A DNA stretch of 64,000 nucleotides, taken from the NCBI GenBank assembly GCA_934177995.1, contig CAKPPW010000004.1, positions 5,113 through 69,112 on the forward strand. The letters run 5' to 3'. Both the position numbers and the translations under genes were made by a program. Position 1 is the stretch's first letter. Each line of letters opens with the position of its first letter. The DNA comes from an uncultured Bacilli bacterium. Lineage in GTDB: Bacteria; Bacillota_I; Bacilli_A; RF39; UBA660. The notes under the pieces were generated by a model. That model searched no databases and was not told where the DNA came from. It worked only from the letters and a program-made list of their open reading frames with translations. This document shows, piece after piece, positions 46,899 through 55,914 of the stretch.

Positions 46899-47564
46899 TT
46901 TAGTTATATCAATAGTATATTTACTACTTACTTTTTCTCTTACTGTGTTAATTTATAAAAGGTCAGGTAGAGTGGGATTATATATCTTTATGTCAGTTTC
47001 TGTGATTATTTCTAATATTGAAACTATTAAACTGATTGATTTTTATGGAATAACGGTATCTTTAGGAAATATTAGTTATGGATCAATCTTTTTAATAACT
47101 GATATATTAAGTGAAAAGTATGGAAAAAAATCTTGTAAAAAAGCTATTAGATTTAGTTTTCTAATGATGATTATCTTTACTATTTCTATGAAACTGTTTT
47201 TATCTTACACTCCTAGTAGTATTGATAATTCAAATAAAGCTTTTTAACAATCTTTAACTATATGCCAAGAATAACTGTTGCTAGTCTTCTAGCTTACTAT
47301 ATTAGTAGTAGTTGTGATGCTTACTTATATAGTTATCTTAAAAATAAGTACAATAAGATTTTTATTAGTAATAATTTAAGTACTTTTATAAGTCAAATAA
47401 TAGATACTTTTATCTTCTGTACCATAAGTTTTTTTAATACTATGTCAGTAAAAGACTTAGTGTCACTTGGTCTATCTATGTTAATATTTAAATGGTTAAT
47501 AGCACTTTTAGATACGCCTTTTATGTATCTTGCTAACTCTATTAAGAAAGTAGGAGAGTTGTAA
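46891..47564 (+). pseudogene. yhhQ: Queuosine-precursor transporter (YhhQ / Vut, DUF165 family), split by a frameshift at a T5 run (47241..47245)
   Basis: The 5' ORF (..GNISYGSIFLITDILSEKYGKK..) and the 3' ORF (PRITVASLLAYYISSSCDAYLYSYLK...STFISQIIDTFIF) together reconstruct a normal protein of about 220 aa. Adding one T to the T5 run joins them as ..NKAFLTIFNYMPRITVAS.. Confidence 0.7.
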
Positions 47565-47624
47565 ACTAGTTTTGACAATATAATACATATTTGGTAATAT
47601 TAGAAAAAAGAAAGGGGTGAGTTT

Positions 47625-48344
47625 ATGATTTATCAAGATTTTTTATTAAGAATAATAGTTACTTTTGCTCTTGGTTTTGCTATTGGGCTTGAAAGACAAT
47701 GGCGAAGAAGAGTAATTGGATTAAGAACTAATGTATTAGTATGTTTAGGTTCATTTCTTTTTGTAAGCTTTTCTCTACTTAGCAATGCTAAAGATGTATC
47801 AAGAATAGCTGCCCAAGTAGTGTCTGGTATTGGTTTTTTAGGAGCAGGCGTTATCTTAAAAGATAAAGGTAATATTAAAGGACTTGATACAGCTGCTACC
47901 TTATGGTGTGATGCAGCTATTGGTACTTTATGTGCAGCAGGCTTTCTACTAGAGGCTTTAGTTGGAACATTATTTATTTTAATAGCTAATATTATTTTAA
48001 GAAACATAACCCGTAAACTAAATTTAAAACATATTGAAAAAATGCAATATGATAAATATAGGTTAAAAGTAGTTGCCAATGAAGAACAAGAATTTCTAAT
48101 TAGAACATTAATAAGTCAAGGTACTAACAAGACAGAAGCTAGTTTAATAAGTGTTGATACTACTGATTTAGAAGATGGTAAAATGAGAATATCAGCAACT
48201 TTTAATGCCCCAAAAGATAATAATTCATCATTAGAAGAGCTAGTTAATAGAATTGTAATAGAACCAGGTATTATCTCTTCTGGCTGGAAAAAGATAACAG
48301 ATACTAAAAATATAGAAGAAATGTTGGATGAAGAAGATATTTAA
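47625..48344 (+). CDS. mgtC: MgtC/SapB family protein
   Basis: Contains GFAIGLERQWRRRVIGLRTNVLVCLGS, QVVSGIGFLGAGVILK and a C-terminal ACT-like domain. Confidence 0.85.
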   Translation: MIYQDFLLRIIVTFALGFAIGLERQWRRRVIGLRTNVLVCLGSFLFVSFSLLSNAKDVSRIAAQVVSGIGFLGAGVILKDKGNIKGLDTAATLWCDAAIGTLCAAGFLLEALVGTLFILIANIILRNITRKLNLKHIEKMQYDKYRLKVVANEEQEFLIRTLISQGTNKTEASLISVDTTDLEDGKMRISATFNAPKDNNSSLEELVNRIVIEPGIISSGWKKITDTKNIEEMLDEEDI

Positions 48345-48458
48345 GATATTGATCATTGATGCTGATTGACACATAAATGTTGATTGACACATAAAAATAT
48401 ACAAATACTATACCTAAAATTGCAAAATAAAATGTAAAAAAATATGTTTGATTAACTA

Positions 48459-48487
48459 TTGATTAACCTTATTATATTTGATATGAT
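48459..48487 (+). promoter_or_regulatory. Candidate sigma-A promoter with an extended -10 element, driving the long leader
   Basis: TTGATT - 17 nt - TATGAT, with TG at -15/-14. The -35 is the second copy of a TTGATTAAC direct repeat. Confidence 0.45.
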
Positions 48488-48520
48488 ATAGTTGTAGAAA
48501 CTAAGAAAATGATAAAAAGT

Positions 48521-48563
48521 GTACATTTTAATTTGCAACTATACTGTACATTTTAATTCGCAA
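48521..48563 (+). repeat. 18-nt direct repeat GTACATTTTAATT(T/C)GCAA x2 with a 25-nt period
   Basis: Read directly: copies at 48521..48538 and 48546..48563, with one mismatch. Confidence 0.85.
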
Positions 48564-48600
48564 ATCAAAAGAAAAATAAGAAAGTAGAGGTGACCCACTC

Positions 48601-48651
48601 ATGGATAATATAAGTTTACATCTAGTTAACATGGGGGGGGGTATTAAGTAA
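48601..48651 (+). CDS. Possible 16-codon leader peptide (MDNISLHLVNMGGGIK) containing the G9 tract
   Basis: ATG 8 nt after AGAGGTGA. The ORF ends about 30 nt before a terminator hairpin. Confidence 0.25.
   Translation: MDNISLHLVNMGGGIK
48633..48641 (+). repeat. G9 homopolymer tract
   Basis: Counted directly. It is highly atypical for this AT-rich sequence. Confidence 0.95.
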
Positions 48652-48681
48652 CAAAACTACTTTCTTTTATTGTGTAGTAAT

Positions 48682-48716
48682 AAAGATAGAGCTATGAGAC
48701 TAGTCCTATCTTTTTT
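48682..48716 (+). terminator. Intrinsic terminator/attenuator hairpin inside the leader
   Basis: AAAGATAG - 16-nt loop - CTATCTTT followed by TTTT. Confidence 0.55.
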
Positions 48717-48932
48717 GCTATGCTCCAAAAATGGTTATATAGCCAAATGTCTAAATACAATTTTTATGATATGATTAAAATGTCAAGAATAATGATATTT
48801 ATAAAATAAAGAATGGAAGGTGTGAGACAGTGATGAGAGCAGTAATATCAAACTGTCAAAGTAATAAATTAACGATAAAAAGGTATGAATCTATCATTTT
48901 GAGTAATACTAAAATAAAAGGGGTGGTAGAAG

Positions 48933-50810
48933 ATGAATAAGGGAAAGCTAAAAAATATATTAACGGTAGCAACATCAATATTTTTATTAATAATTGTAAT
49001 AGGAATCAGTTATTCAGCCTTTATCTATAGTGGAATAGGTAAGAAAGAAAATACAATTACAACCGGAGCAATAACGATGCTTTATACTGAAAGTAATAAT
49101 ACTATATCAATAAATAATGCTTTGCCTACAACAGATAATACTGGTAAGACTAGAAAAAATAGTGGAGAGTATTTTGACTTTTCTGTCAAGTCATCTATCA
49201 TTGGAAATACCGATATCAACTATGAAATAGCAGCTAAGGAAGAAACAGGTAATACTTTTAGTGGTAATAATATTAAGTATTACTTAACTACTGTAGATAG
49301 TGCTGGGAAAGAAAAAGAAGTAATGGCTCCAAGAATTTACTATGAAGAACCATCAGGAAATGTTTATACAGGAAGACCTGCTGACATGATGAGTTTATAT
49401 ACAGGTAATTTAAATCAACAAGGAGAGACAACAATTAATTATAGATTAAGAATCTGGGTAGATGAGAATTATAATCCACAGAATGATAATGGTGGATTAA
49501 CCTACAAAGTAAGAGTAAATGTTTATGGACAAACTTCAGATACTGTTGCTCAAGCAGAAGATACTTATTGTAAAGATAATGGCTTTACTACTTTATCAGA
49601 TTGTATGTTAGTAATGAATAATCATGAAGCAACAGTAGAATCTGCTAAGACTGCTATAAAAGTCAAAGGGACACCTGATTTTAGTAAAATAGCACCAAAT
49701 GATAGTGAAACTGATGGACTATATATGACAGAAGATGATGATGGAGAAAGTTACTATTATAGAGGGGCAGTAAAGAATAACTATGTATCCTTTGCCGGAT
49801 TTATCTGGAGAATCATCAGACGTAATGGAGATGGTTCTGTCAGAATGATTTATTCTGGTAAGAGTACATCTGATACTGGAGATAATACGATGATAGGTAA
49901 CTCACAATTTAATAGTAAATACTGGGATCCAACCTATGTAGGATATAAATATAATGAAAACTTTTCATTACATGAAAATAATGGAACTACAACATATAAT
50001 TGGTTTACCAATAATCAAAAATATAATTATGGAACAGGATACACTTTTGATGAGTCAACTAAAAAATTTACTTTAACAGGAGATATAAAACAATTAACCT
50101 GGACTGATAATCACGATGAGATAGTAAATAATCAGTTATATAGTTGTTTAGAAACTAGTTGTAATGTAGTTTATAAAGTAACGGGATATAGTAATGCTAC
50201 TACAATGATAGTACAACCAATAAGTTATAGTTCTAATAGTTTAGTAGATGCTCAGACCAATACAACAGACTCACCAATAAAAACAAAATTAGATAGTTGG
50301 TATCAAAATAATCTTACAAACTATACTTCATATTTAGCAGATACAACTTTCTGTAATGATAGGAGTATGGTATCAGGTTCAGGATATTTAACAACACCTA
50401 GTACTGTTTATTCGGCTTATAGACGTATACAAGATAATAAGGCTCCAAGCTTAAAATGTAGTCAGGAAAATGATAGATTTAAAGTGTCAAGTGAGAGTGC
50501 TAAACTTAATTATCCGGTAGGATTAATTCTAGCCGATGAAGTAGCCTTAGCGGGTGGAAAGTCAGGTTATGCTAATAGTAATTATTATCTATATAATGGA
50601 AAGTACTTCTGGACACTTTCTCCGTCTCACTTCGATTCTTACGGCTCGACTGTTATCGTTTGGCGTGTGGTGTCATCAGGAAGCTTGCATCCGTGGGATT
50701 ACGTAGCCTATTCTGATGGGGTCCGTCCAGTTATAAATATCAAGCAAGATGTAACTATCTCTAAGGGTGATGGAACGGCACTAAATCCATATGTCGTAAA
50801 AACTGAGTAA
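48933..50810 (+). CDS. Membrane-anchored extracellular protein (625 aa) with a C-terminal DUF6273-like domain
   Basis: N-terminal anchor ILTVATSIFLLIIVIGISYSAF and an Asn/Thr/Tyr-rich ectodomain. The C-terminal pattern LILADEVALAGG...YFWTLSPS...DGVRPVINIK resembles the (W)WLRSP...GVRP(A/V) domain seen in many Firmicute surface proteins. Confidence 0.6.
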   Translation: MNKGKLKNILTVATSIFLLIIVIGISYSAFIYSGIGKKENTITTGAITMLYTESNNTISINNALPTTDNTGKTRKNSGEYFDFSVKSSIIGNTDINYEIAAKEETGNTFSGNNIKYYLTTVDSAGKEKEVMAPRIYYEEPSGNVYTGRPADMMSLYTGNLNQQGETTINYRLRIWVDENYNPQNDNGGLTYKVRVNVYGQTSDTVAQAEDTYCKDNGFTTLSDCMLVMNNHEATVESAKTAIKVKGTPDFSKIAPNDSETDGLYMTEDDDGESYYYRGAVKNNYVSFAGFIWRIIRRNGDGSVRMIYSGKSTSDTGDNTMIGNSQFNSKYWDPTYVGYKYNENFSLHENNGTTTYNWFTNNQKYNYGTGYTFDESTKKFTLTGDIKQLTWTDNHDEIVNNQLYSCLETSCNVVYKVTGYSNATTMIVQPISYSSNSLVDAQTNTTDSPIKTKLDSWYQNNLTNYTSYLADTTFCNDRSMVSGSGYLTTPSTVYSAYRRIQDNKAPSLKCSQENDRFKVSSESAKLNYPVGLILADEVALAGGKSGYANSNYYLYNGKYFWTLSPSHFDSYGSTVIVWRVVSSGSLHPWDYVAYSDGVRPVINIKQDVTISKGDGTALNPYVVKTE

Positions 50811-50840
50811 AATTAAATAGATAGGTTAAAACTGTTTTAG

Positions 50841-52076
50841 TTACCTATCTTTTAATTTACTATTATTTTTCATTCTTTCGATAAAGTCATAATAACTTTT
50901 TATATTTTTTTCGTAACCAGTGGTTTTTGGATGATAATACTTTTTCCCTTTAAGTTTTTTTGGAAGATACTCTTGATAAACATAAGAATTAGGATAATCA
51001 TGGGGATATAAATACTCTTTAGAATCAGTCTTTATATGATTAGGTACATTACCAGTATTACCTTTAGTGATATCATCAATTGCTTCATCTAAGGCTAGGT
51101 GAGCGGTATTACTTTTTGGTGATAGAGCCATTTCTACAACAATAGTCCCAAGAGGTATTCTTGCTTCAGGTAGCCCAATTCTCTCCGCTGCTTCAATAGC
51201 TGCTGCTACTCTAGGCCCAATACTAGGGTTAGCTAGACCAATATCTTCATAAGCGATAACACTCATTCTACGATAAATACTATCTAAATCTCCTTCTGTT
51301 ATTAATCTTGCTAGATAATGTAGACTGGCATCAACATCACTTCCTCTAATTGACTTTTGAAAAGCTGATAATACATCGTAGTGACCATCACCATTCTTAT
51401 CACTAAAGAAAACAGGTTTAGAGTTTATTTGCTTTACTAGATTAATATCTACTTTTTGATCATTACTAGCATAGAAGGCAATCTCTAAAAGATTATAAGC
51501 ATAACGAAGATCACTTCCAGCTAGATTGGCAATATAGTTAATAGTCTCATCATCGATGGTTATACCTTCGAGATAAGTTGATTTAACCGCTTTATTTAAT
51601 CCTTCAATAATATCAGTAGTTTCTAACTCTTTAAGTTCAAATAATTGACATCTACTTCTAATAGCTGGATTAATAGCGTGATAGGGATTAGAGGTAGTCA
51701 TTCCAATAAGTGTTATTAAACCACTTTCTAATTGGGGCAGTAGTAAATCTTGCTTATCTTTATTAAGACGATGTATTTCATCCATGATAAGAATCATACC
51801 ATTATAAATTTTTGCTTCTTCAACTACCATATCAAAGTCTTTCTTGTTATTAATAGTAGCATTTAAAAAACGATAGGGCATATCTAAATCATTGACAATA
51901 GATCTAGCAATAGAGGTTTTTCCAATACCAGGTTTGCCATATAAAATCATCGAAACTAGCTTCTTTTTCTCTACTAAGTTTCTTAAAATCGCTCCTTTTT
52001 CAATTAAATGTTTTTGTCCTAAAACATCATCTAAAGACTTAGGCTCTAGTTTCTTTGCTAACGGTTCCATATTCAT
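50841..52076 (-). CDS. rarA: Replication-associated recombination protein A (AAA+ ATPase, MgsA/RarA)
   Basis: Contains LYGKPGIGKTSIA (Walker A), MDEIHRLNK, and the C-terminal MgsA helical domain (HYDVLSAFQKSIRGSD). The start is set at MNMEPLA (GGAGG upstream), not the longer track ORF. Confidence 0.9.
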   Translation of the reverse strand: MNMEPLAKKLEPKSLDDVLGQKHLIEKGAILRNLVEKKKLVSMILYGKPGIGKTSIARSIVNDLDMPYRFLNATINNKKDFDMVVEEAKIYNGMILIMDEIHRLNKDKQDLLLPQLESGLITLIGMTTSNPYHAINPAIRSRCQLFELKELETTDIIEGLNKAVKSTYLEGITIDDETINYIANLAGSDLRYAYNLLEIAFYASNDQKVDINLVKQINSKPVFFSDKNGDGHYDVLSAFQKSIRGSDVDASLHYLARLITEGDLDSIYRRMSVIAYEDIGLANPSIGPRVAAAIEAAERIGLPEARIPLGTIVVEMALSPKSNTAHLALDEAIDDITKGNTGNVPNHIKTDSKEYLYPHDYPNSYVYQEYLPKKLKGKKYYHPKTTGYEKNIKSYYDFIERMKNNSKLKDR

Positions 52077-52174
52077 GATGTATCCTCCTTCAGTACTTAT
52101 TTTATCACGAATTTTCTTGTTCAAAAACAAAATTTTAGCTATAATAGATGGTGTTAGAAGTTGGAAGTGAAATT

Positions 52175-54748
52175 ATGTTAAGAAACGAAGTAGATAGAAC
52201 TAAACTAAGCCCTGTAATGTTACAGTGGATGAATATTAAAGATGAAAATCCTGATGCGATTATTTTTTTTCGCTTAGGAGACTTTTATGAAATGTTTTTT
52301 GATGATGCTATTTTAGCATCTAAGATTTTAGAATTAACTTTGACTGGGAAACAAGCAGGATTAGAAGAAAAAGTACCAATGTGTGGAATACCTTTTAAAG
52401 CCTATGAAGGATATCTTGATAAGTTAGTTGATATGGGTTATAAAATAGCTATTGTTGAACAAGTAGAAGATCCTAAACTTACTAAAGATATGGTTAAAAG
52501 AGAAGTTATTCAAATAGTGACTAGAGGAACTAGACTAGATGGTTCAATAGATGATACTAAGAATAACTTTTTAGCCTCAATTACTTATACAGCTAACTCT
52601 TATACGTTAAGTTATGCTGATATATCTACAGGTGAGATATATGTCACAGTTTTAAATGACAGTTTACAAGAATTATTACAAGAGATTATAAGACATGGTT
52701 TTGGAGAGATTATTGTAAGTGATGAGATAGATCGAAACTTTATTAATACCCTTAGAAAGACTTATCAGTTAAATGTTACTATCTATAATATCTATAATGA
52801 AGAAGAAAAGTATAACTATATTTATAAGAACTTAAAAGACTTAAGGAAAGAACAAGGCATTAAACATTTACTTGCTTATATAGTAGATACCAAAAAAGGA
52901 GATTTATCACATTTACAGGAAGCTAAAGTAGAACTTGTTAATGCCCATTTATTATTAGATGAACATACTAAGAGAAATCTTGAGTTGACAGAAACTTTAA
53001 GATTAAGAGAGAAAACTTATAGTCTTTTGTGGTTACTTGATAAGAATCAAACTGCTATGGGTAGTAGACTTTTAAGAAAGAATCTAGAATTTCCTTTGAT
53101 AGATAGAAAAGAGTTAGAGAGAAGATATCACTATATAGAAGTATTACAAACAGAGTTTATCTTAAGAGATGATTTAAAGAAAAGTCTGAATCAAGTTTAT
53201 GATATTGAAAGACTTATTGGAAGAGTTTGTTATGGTAATTTAAATGCTAGAGATTTATTACAGCTAAATTCTAGTTTAAAAGCCCTACCTACGGTTAAGA
53301 AAATACTAGAAGAGATAAAGTATGATAAAGAATTAGCTACTTTTGATGAGCTAGTAGAATTATTTGATAGTAGTTTAAATGAAGAACCACCAATATCTTT
53401 AAAAGAGGGTAACTTGATAAAGAAAGGTTATAATAGTGAGTTAGATGAGTTAAGAGACTTATCAAGTGGTAGTAAAGACTTTTTGTTAGAACTTGAACAG
53501 AAAGAGAAAGAAAGAACCGGTATTAAGAACTTAAAGGTTGGTTATAATAAAGTCTTTGGTTACTATATTGAGATAAGTAAAGGACAGTGTAACTTAGTAA
53601 AAGAAGAATTTGGTTATGATAGAAGACAGACACTATCTAATTGTGAAAGATTTACTACTAAAGAATTAAAAGAGAAAGAAAGTATTATCTTAGGAGCAGA
53701 AGAAAAGATAATTAATTTAGAGTATCAATTATTTATGCAAATAAGAGAAGTAGTTAAAAGATATGTTATTCCCTTGCAGAAATGTGCTAGTATCTTAGCA
53801 GAGATTGATATGCTTTCTTCTTTATCGTTTGTAGCAGATACTTATCATTTTGTAAAACCAGTTTTAAGTAATAAGAATGAAATAAAGATAGTAGAAAGTC
53901 GTCATCCAGTAGTAGAAGAGGTGATGGCTAAGAAGAATGAAAAGTATGTTGCTAATGATATTTTAATGGATCAAGATACTTCTATCTTACTTATTACAGG
54001 ACCTAATATGGCTGGTAAATCTACTTATATGCGTCAACTTGCTATTACTGTTATTATGGCTCAGATAGGATCTTTTGTACCAGCTAAGAGTTGTATTATA
54101 CCTATATTTGATAAAATCTTTACAAGAATAGGGGCTAGTGATGATTTGGTTAGTGGCGAAAGTACTTTTATGGTTGAGATGAAAGAAGCTAATATGGCAA
54201 TATCAAGAGCTACTAAAAACAGTTTAATCTTATTTGATGAGTTAGGACGAGGTACAGCTACATACGATGGAATGAGTCTTGCTCAAGCGATACTTGAATA
54301 TATCCATGATAATATTGGGGCTAAGACATTATTTTCTACACACTATCATGAATTAACCTTATTATCTAGTAATTTATCTCATTTAAAGAATGTTCATGTA
54401 TCAGCGATTGAAGAAGATGGTAAACTAACTTTCCTTCATAAGATAAAAAGTGGATCAGTTGATAAGAGTTATGGTATTAATGTAGCAAGTTTAGCTAATC
54501 TTCCTAAATCTTTAATAAAACGAGCAGAAGAAATACTTGAAGTGTATGAAAATCAAGAAAAGAGAGAAACTATTTATACCCAGACTAGTTTGTTTGATCT
54601 AGAAAAAGAAGAAGAGATTAATAAAGATGATAAATATCTAGAAAAAATAAAAGCGATTAATCCGTTAGAGATGAGTCCGATGGATGCTTTAAACTTCTTA
54701 TATAGATTAAAAGAGGAGATGAAAACTGACGAATGCGAAAATCAATAA
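52175..54748 (+). CDS. mutS: DNA mismatch repair protein MutS
   Basis: Contains SPVMLQWMNIKDENPDAIIFFRLGDFYEMFFDDA, Walker A ITGPNMAGKST, and STFMVEM. The start is set at MLRNEV. Confidence 0.9.
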   Translation: MLRNEVDRTKLSPVMLQWMNIKDENPDAIIFFRLGDFYEMFFDDAILASKILELTLTGKQAGLEEKVPMCGIPFKAYEGYLDKLVDMGYKIAIVEQVEDPKLTKDMVKREVIQIVTRGTRLDGSIDDTKNNFLASITYTANSYTLSYADISTGEIYVTVLNDSLQELLQEIIRHGFGEIIVSDEIDRNFINTLRKTYQLNVTIYNIYNEEEKYNYIYKNLKDLRKEQGIKHLLAYIVDTKKGDLSHLQEAKVELVNAHLLLDEHTKRNLELTETLRLREKTYSLLWLLDKNQTAMGSRLLRKNLEFPLIDRKELERRYHYIEVLQTEFILRDDLKKSLNQVYDIERLIGRVCYGNLNARDLLQLNSSLKALPTVKKILEEIKYDKELATFDELVELFDSSLNEEPPISLKEGNLIKKGYNSELDELRDLSSGSKDFLLELEQKEKERTGIKNLKVGYNKVFGYYIEISKGQCNLVKEEFGYDRRQTLSNCERFTTKELKEKESIILGAEEKIINLEYQLFMQIREVVKRYVIPLQKCASILAEIDMLSSLSFVADTYHFVKPVLSNKNEIKIVESRHPVVEEVMAKKNEKYVANDILMDQDTSILLITGPNMAGKSTYMRQLAITVIMAQIGSFVPAKSCIIPIFDKIFTRIGASDDLVSGESTFMVEMKEANMAISRATKNSLILFDELGRGTATYDGMSLAQAILEYIHDNIGAKTLFSTHYHELTLLSSNLSHLKNVHVSAIEEDGKLTFLHKIKSGSVDKSYGINVASLANLPKSLIKRAEEILEVYENQEKRETIYTQTSLFDLEKEEEINKDDKYLEKIKAINPLEMSPMDALNFLYRLKEEMKTDECENQ

Positions 54749-55905
54749 TAGTCCTTTTCTTAGTAGCAAGTTTACTAGTTATCAGTATTGTCTTTCTAGC
54801 TAATCAAAAAGTCAAAGTAGAAGTAAGTTTAAGTGATGATTTAACTTTTGAAGTTTATAGCAAGGTAGAACTAGATAGTGTTATTAAGTCAATTAATGGC
54901 ACTTTTAAAAATAGAGAGTTAGATACTAAAAAGGTAGGAAACCACTCTTATACTATTAATTATAAGAATGATGATAATCGGCTAGCTAGCTACACATTTA
55001 CTTATGAAGTAGTAGATACAACTCCACCAGTTATCTCTTTAAGTAGCTTATACTATGTTGATTTAGGTTCTACTGAAGACTTTGCTAAAGAAGTGTTTTG
55101 CGGTGATAACTATGATGATAAGCCTACTTGTCAAGTAGTAGGGGACTATGACTTTAATACACTAGGAGATTATCCATTAGTTTATGAAGCAATAGATTCT
55201 AGTGGCAATGTTACAAGAAGTGACTTTACTATTACAGTAAGAGAAAAGAGTGATTATCAAATACCTAGTAATAAAGAAATAGTTGATTTTAAAGATTTTT
55301 ATAATGAGAATAAGACTGATAATACATTAATTGGTATAGATGTATCTAAGTGGCAGGGTGATATTGATTATGATAAAGTAAAAGAAGCGGGTGTTGAATT
55401 TGCTTTTATCAGAATAGGGACAAGAAGTGGAATAGATGGTGAGTTTATCCTTGATCCTAAATTTAAAAGAAATCTAGAAGGTTTTAAGAAAGCAGGCATT
55501 AAGACAGGAGTTTATTTCTATTCTTATGCTAAAAATAAGAAGGATGCTAAGAAAGAAGCAGAGTTTGTCTTAAAAGAATTAAATGGAAATGATCTTGCTC
55601 TACCTATAGTTTTTGATTGGGAAAACTTTTCTATATATCAAGAGTTTAATCTATCATTTTATCATCTAGAAGAAGTAGTAGAAACATTCCTTACTACTAT
55701 TGAAAAAGAAAACTATCAAGGAATGTTATATGGTAGTAAATACTACTTAGAAAATGTTTTCACTAATAATAACTATGCTACTTGGTTAGCACACTATACA
55801 GATATTACTACCTATCAGAAAGACTATAATGTTTGGCAGAAGACTGATAGAGGTAAAGTAGAAGGAATAGATACTTTAGTAGATTTAGATATACTATATA
55901 AATAG
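54733..55905 (+). CDS. Membrane-anchored GH25 muramidase with an N-terminal Ig-like (DUF5011-like) domain
   Basis: TM anchor, then TTPPVISL...GDNYDD, then the GH25 signature IGIDVSKWQGDIDYDKVKEAGVEFAFIRIG. It overlaps the mutS 3' end by 16 nt. Confidence 0.75.
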   Translation: MRKSIIVLFLVASLLVISIVFLANQKVKVEVSLSDDLTFEVYSKVELDSVIKSINGTFKNRELDTKKVGNHSYTINYKNDDNRLASYTFTYEVVDTTPPVISLSSLYYVDLGSTEDFAKEVFCGDNYDDKPTCQVVGDYDFNTLGDYPLVYEAIDSSGNVTRSDFTITVREKSDYQIPSNKEIVDFKDFYNENKTDNTLIGIDVSKWQGDIDYDKVKEAGVEFAFIRIGTRSGIDGEFILDPKFKRNLEGFKKAGIKTGVYFYSYAKNKKDAKKEAEFVLKELNGNDLALPIVFDWENFSIYQEFNLSFYHLEEVVETFLTTIEKENYQGMLYGSKYYLENVFTNNNYATWLAHYTDITTYQKDYNVWQKTDRGKVEGIDTLVDLDILYK

Positions 55906-55914
55906 AGGTGGCAT

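Noticed and set aside
46860-46900. preQ1 riboswitch upstream of the YhhQ-family gene
   Set aside because: The gene start overlaps the preceding acyltransferase gene, so there is no leader. No preQ1-like motif is seen.
47565-47624. Mg2+ (M-box) riboswitch upstream of mgtC
   Set aside because: The intergenic region is only about 60 nt, far too short for an M-box, and it is not structured.
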